From Eledone cirrhosa (lineage: Eukaryota), in the NCBI GenBank assembly GCA_964016885.1, contig OZ024740.1, forward strand, positions 141,360,001-141,424,000: a DNA stretch of 64,000 bases. The letters are read 5' to 3'. The translations under genes were made by a program, and so were the position numbers. Shown here one piece after another: positions 1 to 16,173 of this stretch. The notes beneath the pieces are model-generated. The model was not told the DNA's origin. It saw only the letters and a list, made by a program, of their open reading frames with translations, and did no database searches. Every line of letters starts with the position of its first letter. Position 1 is the first letter of the stretch.

Positions 1-773
1 CGAACAGCAATGTTGCATGGTAGTGAGACCTGGGCATTGTGTGCAGAGGATATACGCAGACTAGAGAGGAATGAAGCTTGCATGCTCCGCTGGATGTGTA
101 ACAGTAATATACGTGAACGGCAAAGCATAAACGAACTAAGGAAAAAATTAGAGATAAGAGGGATCAGATGTTGTTTACTCGAGAGAAGGCTGCGTTGGTA
201 TGGACACGTGATGCGCATGAAAGTCGATAGCTGTATTACAAAGTGCAGGGCAATAAAGATAGACGGTAGCCACGGAATAGGCAGACCTAGAAAAACATGG
301 GATGAGCTGATAAACTCCGACCTCACACACTTACACCTCTCCAAGACAATGTCACTGGACCGTGACCTTTGGCGGTCCTCAGTAACAGAGAAGACCCGCC
401 TTGCCAGTAGGCATCTCTAACAAAATACACCCCTCCCGCCGCCACCCCCACCCCATCCACACCACCCCGTTCTATGTAAAGTTATGTTGGTGCCGCGCCA
501 TCCAGGCCGAAACAAATGAGATCGTGTAGGTGTCACGACAAAAAAACACACAGTCCACGCTGTAATGTGGCCGTGTAGGCAACACGGTAAAAACCTCCCA
601 GACCCACACTGTAAATGTGGTTGGTGTTAGGAAGGGCATCCAACTGTAGAAAACCTGCCAGACAGTCCTATGCGAGCAAGACAATCACTCTTGCCTCAAG
701 TGGGACTACCCCCGTCCAAACCCATGCAAGCGTGGAACACGGACGTTAAACGTTGATGATGATGATGATGATG
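1..773 (+). mobile_element. RTE-clade LINE (family A), 3' end: ORF C-terminus, 3' UTR and (GAT)n tail; 5' part outside window
   Basis: ORF 10..420 has RTE C-terminal motifs [27 protein letters not shown]; ends GGACGTTAAACGTT(GAT)n at about 755-773 running into (TA)n. Confidence 0.93.
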
Positions 774-812
774 ATATATACATATATATACATATACATA
801 TATATACATATA

Positions 813-1298
813 TCATCATCATCATCATCATCATCATTTTACGTCCGCTTTTCCCTGCTTGCAAGGGTGGGACAGGTCTTATTCAGCACAGCATCTCTCC
901 ACTCGTCACGGTCCCTCGTCATCTCCACCGTGAGCTTCAATGATCTGAGGTCTGTTCTCACCACCTCCGCCCATGTTTTTCGTGGTCTACCTCTACCACG
1001 TCTTCCTTCAACTGGCATTTCCTGGCACTTCTTCACCCATCGGTCATCCTCCATGCGCATCACATGTCCATACCACCTCAGTCTCCTCTCCTGTACACTA
1101 CATTCTATACCTCTCAGACACAGTTTCTCTCTCAACACATTTATGCTGGGTCGTTCACGCACATTTACACTGCACATCCAACGGAGCATGCTTGCCTCAT
1201 TTCTCTCCAGCCGTCGCATATCCTCTGCAGTTGCTGCCCATGTCTCACTACCATGCAGCATCGCGCTCCTCACACAGGCATCATACAACCGGCCTTTC
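813..1298 (-). mobile_element. RTE-clade LINE (family B), 5'-truncated 3' end with no 3' UTR
   Basis: Minus-strand [20 protein letters not shown]...[12 protein letters not shown]...GRPRKTW...SREKRT*; the stop is followed directly by the (TGA)n tail (813-837); clearly diverged from family A. Confidence 0.9.
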
Positions 1299-1592
1299 GT
1301 ACATATATATACATATATATACATATATATACATATACATATATATACATACATATACATATATATACATATATATACATATATATACATATATATACAT
1401 ATATATACATATATATATACATATATATACATATATATATATATACATATATATACATATATATATATACATATATATACATATATATATATACATATAT
1501 ATACATATATATATATACATATATATATACATATATATACATATATATATATATATACATATATATATACATATATATATGTATATATATAC

Positions 1593-1623
<31 letters not shown>

Positions 1624-1735
1624 CATATATATACATATATATATATACATATATATACATATATATACACATATATATACATATATATACATATATATAT
1701 ACATATATATATACATATATATATACATATATATA

Positions 1736-2680
1736 CCACCCAGTTCTGACTCTAGCTACTGTGCTCTGAAAGTACAGTAGCTAGAGTCAGAACTGGGTGG
1801 AAAAAGTTCAGAGAGCTTATACCACTATTAGCCGCTAAAGGGTTCTCCCTAAAAATGAAAGGCAGGCTGAACGATGCCCGCATACGAACAGCAATGTTGC
1901 ATGGCAATGAGACCTGGGCATTGTGTGCAGAGGATATACGCAGACTAGAAAGAAACGAAGCTTGCATGCTCCGCTGGATGTGTAATAGTAATATACGTGA
2001 GCGACAAAGCATAAACGAACTAAGGAAAAAATTAAAAATAAGAGGGATCAGATGTTGTTTACTAGAGAGAAGGCTACGTTGGTATGGTCACGTGATGCGC
2101 ATGAAGGACGATAGCTGTATAACAAAGTGCAGGGCAATAAAGATAGACGGTAGCCACAGAATAGGCAGACCCAGAAAAACCTGGGACGAGCTGATAAACT
2201 CCGACCTCACACACTTACACCTCTCCAAGACAATGTCACTGGACCGACACCTTTGGCGGTACTCAGTAATAGAGAAGACCCACCTTATCTAAATACAAAG
2301 TAAAACCTACTACAGTCAGTGGGCATCTCTAACAAAATACACCCCCGTCCCACCACCACCACCCCATCCACGCCACCCCCTTCTATGTAAAGTTATGTTG
2401 GTGCTACACCATCCAGGCCAAAACAAATGAGATCGTGTAGGTGTCACGACAAAAAAACACACAGTCCACGCTGAAATGTGGCCGTGTAGGCAACACGGTA
2501 AAAACCTCCCAGACCCACACTGTAAATGTGGTTGGTGTTAGGAAGGGCATCCAACTGTAGAAAACCTGCCAGACAGTCCTATGCGAGCAAGACAATCACT
2601 CTTGCCTCAAGTGGGACTACCCCCGTCCAAACCCATGCAAGCGTGGAACACGGACGTTAAACGTTGATGATGATGATGAT
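1736..2680 (+). mobile_element. 5'-truncated RTE family A copy with a 27-bp fold-back inversion at the 5' junction
   Basis: ORF 1855..2292; single-unit 3' UTR; (GAT)n tail; inverted arms 1736-1762 and 1774-1800; (TA)n on both sides. Confidence 0.92.
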
Positions 2681-2754
2681 ACATATATATACATATATAT
2701 ACATATATATACATATATATACATATATATATACATATATATACATATATACAT

Positions 2755-2789
<35 letters not shown>

Positions 2790-2841
2790 CATATATATAT
2801 ACATATATATATATACTACATATATATATACATATATATAT

Positions 2842-2922
<81 letters not shown>

Positions 2923-3291
2923 CATATATATATATACATATATATACATATATATATACATATATACATATATATACATATATATATATATACATATATA
3001 TACATATATATATAGTCCCCTTTGTTTACGTGTCCCAACGACTTTTTTTAGCCGTTGTTCGCACCAACCTGAGGCATATGCCCCTTAAAGCGATGAAATG
3101 CCGAGGACAGTTGGAGGGTCACTGATGAAGGACTCACTTTTTCATATGTATCCCATTTGCAACGCCGCAGCTCCATTATTATCATATTTACATATATATA
3201 CATATATATATATACATATATATACATATATATATATATACATATATATACATATACATATATATATATACATATATATACATATATATAC

Positions 3292-3344
<53 letters not shown>

Positions 3345-3411
3345 CATATATATATACATATATATATATATACATATATATATATACATATATATACATA
3401 TATATATATAC

Positions 3412-3442
<31 letters not shown>

Positions 3443-3543
3443 CACATATATATATATATACATATATATATATACATATATATATATACATATATATATA
3501 TACATATATATATACATATATATATACATATATATACATATAT

Positions 3544-4438
3544 AAAGGACCCTACAGCCAGAAATAAATTTAAAAGCATACTACTTGATGCTTTCGACAG
3601 TAAGGAAGAGCAATTAGAGTCGTACAATATAGAGGAACAGTGGGAATTCCTGAAAGCAAACCTGCTGATGGCGGCAGACGAAGTCTGTGGCTGGAGCAGG
3701 CCTGTAGGTAGGAGGAGAGTAACATGGTGGGGGAACAGTAACGTGGAGGAGTCAATTAAGGCCAAAAAGCAGGCTTAGAAAGTATGGCGGGATGGGGGAA
3801 GTAGAGAAGACTATCAAGTGGCCAGGAGGGAAGCTAGGAGACAAGTGTATTTCGCAAGAAGGGAAGCAGAGGAAAGAAAGTTCAAGCATGTTCTACAACG
3901 CGAGGACCAAAAACGTGAGGTGTTCAGGATTGCTAGGCAACGTGTCTAGGAAAACCGTGATATTGTCGGGGAGAAGTGTGTACTTAATGATGACGGCGAA
4001 CTTGCCATCACCGACGTTGATAAGAAGGTAGCTTGGAAGTGTCACTACGAAAGGATACTAAATGAGGAGAATAAATGGGAGAAAGACAGTCTCCCCCACA
4101 TCGACCCAATAGAGGGACCAGCAGTGTTAGTCGAGGGTAGTATAATAAGTAAGGCAATCAAAGATATGAAGACGGGTAAGGCGGCTGGGCCTTCGAAAAT
4201 AGTTGCTGAGATGCTGAAGGCATCTGGTACGGTGGGACACACCATTGTCACCTGGATAGTAAACCAAGTCATACAGAATGGGGTTGTTCCGAAGGACTGG
4301 CGTAGCAGCATCATCGTTAACTGCTACAAGGGTAAAGGAGATGCCCTAGATAGGTGTAACTATAGAGGCATTAAATTAATCGACCAGGTCATGAAGGTCA
4401 CGGAAAAAGTAATAGCGCAACTAATCAGAGAGAATTGA
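3544..4438 (+). mobile_element. Internal RTE family A fragment (linker to RT start), no tail, with stop codons
   Basis: Colinear with about 9516-10410 of the long minus-strand copy (KDPTARNKF..., [15 protein letters not shown]); bounded by (TA)n on both sides. Confidence 0.9.
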
Positions 4439-4444
4439 TATATT

Positions 4445-4476
<32 letters not shown>

Positions 4477-4592
4477 CATATATATATAGACATATATATA
4501 CATATATATACACATATATATACATATATATATACATATATATACATATATATATACATATATATATACATATATATATATACATATATATA

Positions 4593-5639
4593 CCACCCAG
4601 TTCTGACTCTAGCTACTGTGCTCTGAAAGTACAGTAGCTAGAGTCAGAACTGGGTGGAAAAAGTTCAGAGAGCTTATACCACTATTAGCCGCTAAAGGGT
4701 TCTCCCTAAAAATGAAAGGCAGGCTGTATGGTGCCTGCATACGAACAGCAATGTTGCATGGCAGTGAGACCTGGGCATTGTGTGCAGAGGATATACGCAG
4801 ACTAGAGAGGAACGAAGCTTGCATGCTCCGCTGGATGTGTAATAGTAATATGCGTGAACGGCAAAGCATAAACGAACTAAGGAAAAAATTGGAAATAAGA
4901 GGGATCAGATGTTGTTTACTCGAGAGAAGGCTACGTTGGTATGGTCACATGATGCGCATGAAAGACGATAGCTGTATAACAAAGTGCAGGGCAATAAAGA
5001 TAGACGGTAGCCACGGAGTAGGCAGACCCAGAAAAACCTGGGACGAGCTGATAAATTCCGACCTCACACACTTACACCTCTCCAAGACAATGTCACTGGA
5101 CCGAGACCTTTGGCGGTACTCAGTAATAGAGAAGACCCGCCTTACCTAAATACAAAGTAAAACCTACTAGTCAGTAGGCATCTCTAACAAAATACACCAC
5201 CCCCACCCCATCCACACCGCCCCTTTCAATGTAAAGTTATGTTGGTGCCACAACATCCAGGCCGAAACAAATGAGATCGTGTAGATGCCATGACAAAAAA
5301 CACGCAGTCCACGCTGTAATGTGGCCGTGTAGGCAACACGGTAAAAACCTCCCAGCCCCACACTGTAAATGTGGTTGGTGTTAGGAAGGGCATCCAGCCG
5401 TAGAAAACCCGCCAGACAGTCCACGCTGTAATGTGGCCGAGTAGGCAACACGGTAAAAACCTCCCAGCCCCACACTATAAATGTGGTTGGTGTTAGGAAG
5501 GGCATCCAGCTGTAGAAAACCCACCAGACAGTCCTATGCGAACAAGACAATCACTCTTGCCTCAAGTGGGAAATACCCCCGTCCAAACCCATGCAAGCGT
5601 GGAACACGGACGTTAAACGTTGATGATGATGATGATGAT
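4593..5639 (+). mobile_element. 5'-truncated RTE family A copy with the same fold-back junction and a duplicated 112-bp 3' UTR unit
   Basis: ORF 4712..5149; arms 4593-4619 and 4631-4657; UTR unit starts at 5305 and 5417; (GAT)n tail. Confidence 0.92.
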
Positions 5640-5707
5640 ATACATATATATATATACATATACATATATACATATACATATATACATATATATATATACA
5701 TATATAC

Positions 5708-5782
<75 letters not shown>

Positions 5783-5910
5783 CATATATATACATATATA
5801 CATATATATACATATATACATATATATATATACATATATACATATATATATATACATATATAGATATATATATATATACATATATATACATATATATATA
5901 CATATATATA

Positions 5911-7643
5911 TAAACCCCTATATTTAGCTTTTGTTGACTTGGAGAAAGCCTTCGACAGAGTCCCCCGTTCCATTATCTGGTGGGCGCTTAGAAAACTAGG
6001 TGTTGACAATGAGCTATACAAGCCATGTATAAAGAAAGTCAGCAAGGTTAGAATTAACAACGAATATAGTGAAGAGTTTAGTGTAAAAGTTGGTGTTCGT
6101 CAGGGCTCTGTTCTTAGCCCCCTGCTATTTATTATTGCCCTTCAGGCTATAACAGTGGAGTTCAAGACCGGCTGCCCATGGGAACTCCTATATGCAGATG
6201 ATCTAACGCTCATAGCTGAATCAATGGCCGAACTGGAGAAGAAATTCCAAACATGGAAGCACGGCCTAGAATCAAAAGGCCTTAAAATTAACCTGGCTAA
6301 GACTAAAGTTCTAGTTTGTAGGAAAGAAAATAAGGCGACGGTCCCTTCCGGGAAATGGCCATGCTCAGTGTGTAGGAAAGGCGTAGGTTGAAACTCCATT
6401 TTATGTCCCAAATGCAAAGTATGGGTGCATAAAAGATGTAGTGGGATCACAGGTAAGCTAACTAAGAACATAGATTTTACATGTGGCCGGTGCTCAGGTG
6501 CAATAAGTAGCAGCAAGTTGCCACAAAATACTAGCTCTTTCAATTGCGCAGAGGGTTCTATAGAAATAGTGGACAGCTTCCGTTACCTGGGTGACAAAAT
6601 CAGCAGTGGGGGAGGGTGCTCTGAAAGTACAGTAGCTAGAGTCAGAACTGGATGGAAAAAGTTCAGAGAGCTTATACCACTATTAGCCACTAAAGGGTTC
6701 TCACTAAAAATGAAAGGCAGGTTGTATGATGCCTGCATACGAACAGCAATGTTGCATGGCAGTGAGACCTGGGCATTGTGTGCAGAGGATATACGCAGAC
6801 TAGAGAGGAACGAAGCTTGCATGCTCCGCTGGATGTGTAATAGTAACATACGTGAACGGCAAAGCATAAGCGAACTAAGGAAAAAATTAGAAATAAGAGG
6901 GATCAGATGTTGTTTACTCGAGAGAAGGCTACGTTGGTATGGTCACGTCGTGCGCATGAAAGACGACAGCTGTATAACAAAGTGCAGGGCAATAAAGATA
7001 GACGGTAGCTACGGAGTAGGCAGACCCAGAAAAACCTGGGACAAGCTGATAAATTCCGACCTCACAAACTTGCACCTCTCCAAGACAATGTCACTGGACC
7101 GAGACCTTTGGCGGTACTCAGTAATAGAGAAGAACCGCCTTATCTAAATACAAAGTAAAACCTTCTACAGTCAGTAGGCATCTCTAACAAAATACACCCC
7201 CGTCCCACCACCCCCACCCCATCCACACCGCCCCTTTCAATGTAAAGTTATGTTGGTGCCACAACATCCAGGCCGAAACAAATGAGATCGTGTAGTTGTC
7301 ACGACAAAAAACACACAGTCCACGCTGTAATGTGGCCGTGTAGGCAACACGGTAAAAACCTCCCAGCCCCACACTGTAAATGTGGTTGGTCTTAGGAAGG
7401 GCATCCAGCCGTAGAAAACCCGCCAGACAGTCCACGCTGTAATGTGGCCGTGTAGGCAACATGGTAAAAACCTCCCAGCCCCACACTGTAAATGTGGTTG
7501 GTGTTAGGAAGGGCATCCAGCTGTAGAAAACCCGCCAGACAGTCCTATGCGAGCAAGACAATCACTCTTGCCTCAAGTGGGAAAACCCCCGTCCAAACCC
7601 ATGCAAGCGTGGAACACGGACGTTAAACGTTGATGATGATGAT
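5911..7643 (+). mobile_element. RTE family A copy from RT domain to tail, disrupted
   Basis: [29 protein letters not shown]-like Cys cluster, FRYLG; stop at 6389-6391; duplicated UTR unit at 7316 and 7428; (GAT)n tail. Confidence 0.93.
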
Positions 7644-7645
7644 AC

Positions 7646-7710
<65 letters not shown>

Positions 7711-7717
7711 TATATAC

Positions 7718-7770
<53 letters not shown>

Positions 7771-7773
<3 letters not shown>

Positions 7774-10700
7774 TCATCATCATCATCATCAACGTTTAAC
7801 GTCCGTGTTCCACGCTTGCATGGGTTTGGACGGGGGTAGTCCCACTTGAGGCAAGAGTGATTGTCTTGCTCGCATAGGACTGTCTGGCAGGTTTTCTACA
7901 GTTGGATGCCCTTCCTAACACCAACCACATTTACAGTGTGGGTCTGGGAGGTTTTTACCGTGTTGCCTACACGGCCACATTACAGCGTGGACTGTCTGTT
8001 TTTTTTGTCGTGACACCTACACGATCTCATTTGTTTCGGCCTCGATGGCGCGGCACCAACATAACTTTACATAGAACGGGGTGGTGTGGATGGGGTGGGG
8101 GTGGTGGGGGTGGGACGGGGTGTATTTTGTTAGAGATGCCTACTGGCTGGAGTAGGTTTTACTATATATTTAGGTAAGGCGGGTCTTCTCTGTTACTGAG
8201 TACCGCCAAAGGTCTCGGTCCAGTGACATTGTTTTGGAGAGGTGTAAGTGTGTGATGTCGGAGTTTATCAGCTCGTCCCAGGTTTTTCTAGGTCTGCCTA
8301 TTCCGTGACTACCGTCTATCTTTATTGCCCTGCACTTTGTTATACAGCTATCGACTTTCATGCGCATCACGTGTCCATACCAACGTAGCCTTCTCTCGAG
8401 TAAACAACATCTGATCCCTCTTATCTCTAATTTTTTCCTTAGTTCGTTTATGCTTTGCCGTTCACGTATATTACTGTTACACATCCAGCGGAGCATGCAA
8501 GCTTCGTTCCTCTCTAGTCTGCGTATATCCTCTGCACACAATGCCCAGGTCTCACTGCCATGCAGCATTGCTGTTCGTATGCAGGCATCGTACAACCTGC
8601 CTTTCATTTTTAGGGAGAACCCTTTAGCAGCTAATAGTGGTATAAGCTCTCTGAACTTTTTCCAACCAGTTCTGACTCTAGCTACAGTACTTTCAGAGCA
8701 CCCTCCCCCACTGCTGATTTTATCGCCCAGGTAACGGAAGCTGTCCACTATTTCTATAGAACCCTCTGCGCAGTTGAAAGAGCTAGTATTTTGTGGGCAC
8801 TTGCTGCTACTTATTGCACCAGAACACCGGCCACATGTAAAATCTATGTTCTTAGTTAGCTTACCTGTGATCCCACTACATCTTTTATGCACTCATACTT
8901 TGCATTTAGGACATAAAATAGAGTTTCTACCTACGCCTTTCCTACACACCGAGCACGACCATTTCCCAGAAGGGACCGCCGCCTTGTTTTCTTTCCTACA
9001 AACTAGTACTTTGGTCTTAGCCAGGTTAATTTTAAGTCCTTTTGACTCTAGGCCGTGCTTCCATGTTTGGAATTTCTTCTCTAGCTCGGCCATTGATTCC
9101 GCTATGAGTGTCAGGTCATCTGCGTATAGGAGTTCCCATGGGCAGCCTGTCTTGAACTCCTCTGTTATAGCCTGAAGGGCAATAATAAATAGTAGGGGGC
9201 TGAGAACAGAGCCCTGATGGACGCCAACTTTTACGCTAAACTCTTCACTATATTCGTTGTTAATTCTAACCTTGCTGACTGTTTCTTTATACATGGCTTG
9301 TATAGCCCTCACAAGCCATTCGTCAACGCCTAGTTTTCTAAGAGCCCACCAGATAATGGAGCGGGGGACTCTGTCGAAGGCTTTCTCCAAGTCAACAAAA
9401 GCTAAGTAGAGGGGTTTACCTTTAGCTAGGTACTTCTCCTGTAGTTGTCGTACTATGAAAAGAGCGTCTGTGGTACTTTTGCCTGACACAAACCCGAACT
9501 GCATTTCATCTAGGTCAATTCTCTCTCTGATTAGTTGCGCTATTACTTTTTCCGTGACCTTCATGACCTGGTCGATTAATTTAATGCCTCTATAGTTACT
9601 CCTATCTAGGGCGTCTCCTTTACCCTTATAACAGTTAACGATGATGCTGCTATGCCAGTCCTTCGGAACAACCCCATTCTGTACGACTTGGTTACTATGC
9701 GGGTGACCATGGTGTGTCCCACCGTGCCAGATGCCTTCAGCATCTCAGCACCTATTTCCGAAGGCCCAGCCGCCTTACCCGTCTTCATATCCTTGATTGC
9801 CTTACTTATTATACTCCCCTCGACTAACACTGCTGGTCCCTCTATTGGGTCGATATGGGGGAGACTGTCTTTCTCCCATTTATTCTCCTCATTTAGTAGC
9901 CTTTCATAGTGACACTTCCAAGCTACCTTCTTATCAGCGTCGGTGATGGCAAGTGTGCCATCGTCGTTTAGTACACACTTCTCCCCGACAATATCACGGT
10001 TTTCCTTGACGCATTGCCTAGCAATCCTGAACACCTCACGTTTTTGGTCATCGCGTTGTAGAACATGCTTGAACTTTCTTTCCTCAGCTTCCCTTCTTGC
10101 TAAGTACACTTGTCTCCTAGCTTCCCTCCTGGCCACTTGATAGTCTTCTCTACTTCCCCCATCCCGCCATACTTTCCAAGCCTGCTTTTTGGCCTTAATT
10201 GACCCCTCCACCTTACTGTTCCACCACCATGTTACTCTCCTCCTGCCTACAGGCCTGCTCCAGCCACAGACTTCGTCTGTCGCCAACAGCAGGTTTGCTT
10301 TCAGAAATTCCCACTCTCCCTCTATATTGTCCGACTCTAAATGTTCTTCCTTACTGTCGAAAGCATCAAGTAATATGCTTTGAAATTTATTCCTGGCTGT
10401 GGGGTCCTTTAGCTTCCATATTTTTCTGCTGAGGATAGTCCTCTTCTGCTGTCGAGTACGTCTCGTCCTGACTATTAGGTCGCTAATTATCAGTCTATGT
10501 TGGGGGTGCATTCTTCATGGGGGAGGGATTTAGTGTTTACAACAGACACTCTGTCACGTCTTCTGGTAAGGATATAATCTACCTGGCTTGTGTGTTCCCC
10601 GGATCTATAGGTGATCAGGTGATTGTCACGTTTTTTGAAGTTAGTGTTACAGATAGTTAGGTTATTTGCATCACAGAATTCCAGGATTCTGGAGCCTTCC

Positions 10701-11689
10701 TCATTTCTAGTACCAAACCCATAGCCTCCATGGATTTCGTCGTAGCCGTCACAATGTTGTCCAACGTGACCATTTAGGTCACCTGCGATAATTATATAGT
10801 CACTGTCGGATATTTGGGAGGTAGTTAGCATCAGTGTCTCATAGAATCTGTCTTTTATAGTGCCGGGCAGTCCGGATTGGGGTGCGTATGCAGATATTAC
10901 TGTCACCGTAGTTCTATTGAGGACAAGTCGTATTTTAATTATTCTGTCGTTCACTCTATTTACGTCTATTATCTTATCTGCCCACTTTTCTGCTACCATG
11001 ATTCCTACTCCACCCAGCCCATCGTCGTTTCCCACCCAGAAAAGCTTATAACATCGTTTTTTACCCTCAATGAACCTAGCAGACCCACCCCTCCACTGGT
11101 CTCTTGAATACAACAAACATCGACCTCCTTACGTTCAAGCATTTCTACAACCTCGTTAGCGCGACCCTTTAGGGTGCCTACATTTATGGTACCAACTCTG
11201 AAGTTTTGGATTGCGTTTGGGGGTTGGGGGCGGTGGGGGCGGGGGGCGATGGGGTTATGTTAGCCGTCCGCGGTCGAAACAATGAGGAGTGCTCGCATTC
11301 TCGTCCAAGAGGTGAATTTGTCTTTATCTTTGGCATTGTCGCTGAGCGTCCAGATTTTTCTCTCTCTCTCCTCCACTCTCCAGGATTCTGCAGTCCATCC
11401 ATCCATCATATATCGAAAGGCAACCAGGCAAGCGATAGTATAGGCCTCTGGCTTCTGATTGGTCCGCCTAATAATACTGGTGATGCGTGGGGGCTCTGGC
11501 TTATGATTGGTCCACGTAATAGCAATGGTGGTGCGTGGGGGCGGGAGGGAGGGGTGTTGGGTAGCTAGATAGGAGGTAATGATTTGAATGGGGTCCTTGC
11601 ACATTTAACAAGGTGAGTTGAGATGGAGGGTCTGTGGTTTTTCTCACATCTGTGAGAAAAACCACAGACCCTCCATCTCAACTCACCTT
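7771..11689 (-). mobile_element. Near full-length RTE family A LINE: APE endonuclease + RT + PHD finger in a single ORF (about 11336 to 8170) broken by several frameshifts and one stop
   Basis: APE motifs GTINVGTL, CIQE, SAYAPQ, AGDLNGH, QVDYIL, QHRL; RT motifs NYRGI, QFGF, DLEKAFD, QGSVLSP, YADD, FRYLG; TGA at 8893-8895 where other copies have TGG; tail at 7771-7790. Confidence 0.95.
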
Positions 11690-11723
11690 TTGAAAAGCAG
11701 AAAAACTGCGAAACCGGTAAAGG
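11686..11723 (+). ncRNA. Candidate minimal type I hammerhead ribozyme (Penelope-like-element style)
   Basis: CCTT-TTGAAAA-GCAG-AAAAA-CTGC-GAAA-CCGG-TA-AAGG: stem I CCTT/AAGG, core with U3-A8 in place of C3-G8, stem II GCAG/CTGC, GAAA, palindromic stem III, GUA cleavage triplet; AATAAA follows at 11729. Confidence 0.65.
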
Positions 11724-11793
11724 AACCAAATAAATATATATATTTTTAAAAAAAAATAAGACTTCAGTTGCATTTTCGATTTCATCCCTTTTT

Positions 11794-15257
<3,464 letters not shown>

Positions 15258-15269
15258 TAATGAATGAAG

Positions 15270-15706
15270 GAAATTATTGTGTAAAGTGGTCAGGTGCACC
15301 ACAACTCGTCAATATAGTACATAGAATAATACACAAATGTCAGGGAAGTACATGTGTGTATGTGTTAGCTGTAGTGTTGGCGGATCTCGGGAAGCATGGA
15401 GGTTTTAAAGGATGCAGTGTCTCGACAGCTAACAACTGATGCAGGTAGTTTGTTCCATGCTTCAGCAACTCTGAGCGTGAAAAAATGTTTCCGAAAGTCA
15501 TGGGAACTGTGCTGTTTTCTTATTTTGTGGGCATGTCCACGTGTGTTAGACACATGGAAATCAAAAAGGTACTCAGGGTTGTTGTTGGCAACATGGTTAA
15601 TAATTTTGTGGGTGTTTACCAAGTCAGTTGCCAGGCATCCGAGCTTCAATGAATCCATGCCCAGGGAAGCAAGGCGCTCAGTGTATGGTAGATGCCTGAT
15701 GGAGGG
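15270..15706 (-). mobile_element. CR1-group LINE 3' fragment
   Basis: HLPYTERLASLGMDSL...NTRGHAHKIRKQ...[21 protein letters not shown] is the typical CR1 ORF2 C-terminus. Confidence 0.85.
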
Positions 15707-16173
15707 TATATATACACATACACATCGTTTTTATATTTATTTTGCGAGATTTTTATGTGTTTGAAACATTGTTATGCCTTTTGTCCTCGTGAGTGGCCCT
15801 GCAGGTGTTTTTGAAGGAGGAGACAGCATGGTTGATGATGAGATGCCAGGTATCAAGGTTCTCAGCTACAGTGGATCACCGACAATGGTCAATGTGACAG
15901 GCACTAAGGGTTTTTTTCAAACAATCCTTGTATCGCTTCCTTAGTACTTCCCTGTCGCGATGACCAGTGGAGAGTTCACCACAGTGTGATCCTGAGCAGG
16001 CGATGATCCTTCATTCTGGAGACATACCTGCTCAGTGCAGTTAGTACTCCAACAGCATGGCCACATATGTATTTGTGTGTGTGTGTGTGAATATTCTTGC
16101 ATTATGGCACATTCCATCTTTATTATATACAAATGCACATATTTTTCTAAAATTCTACATTCACTCTATGCAG

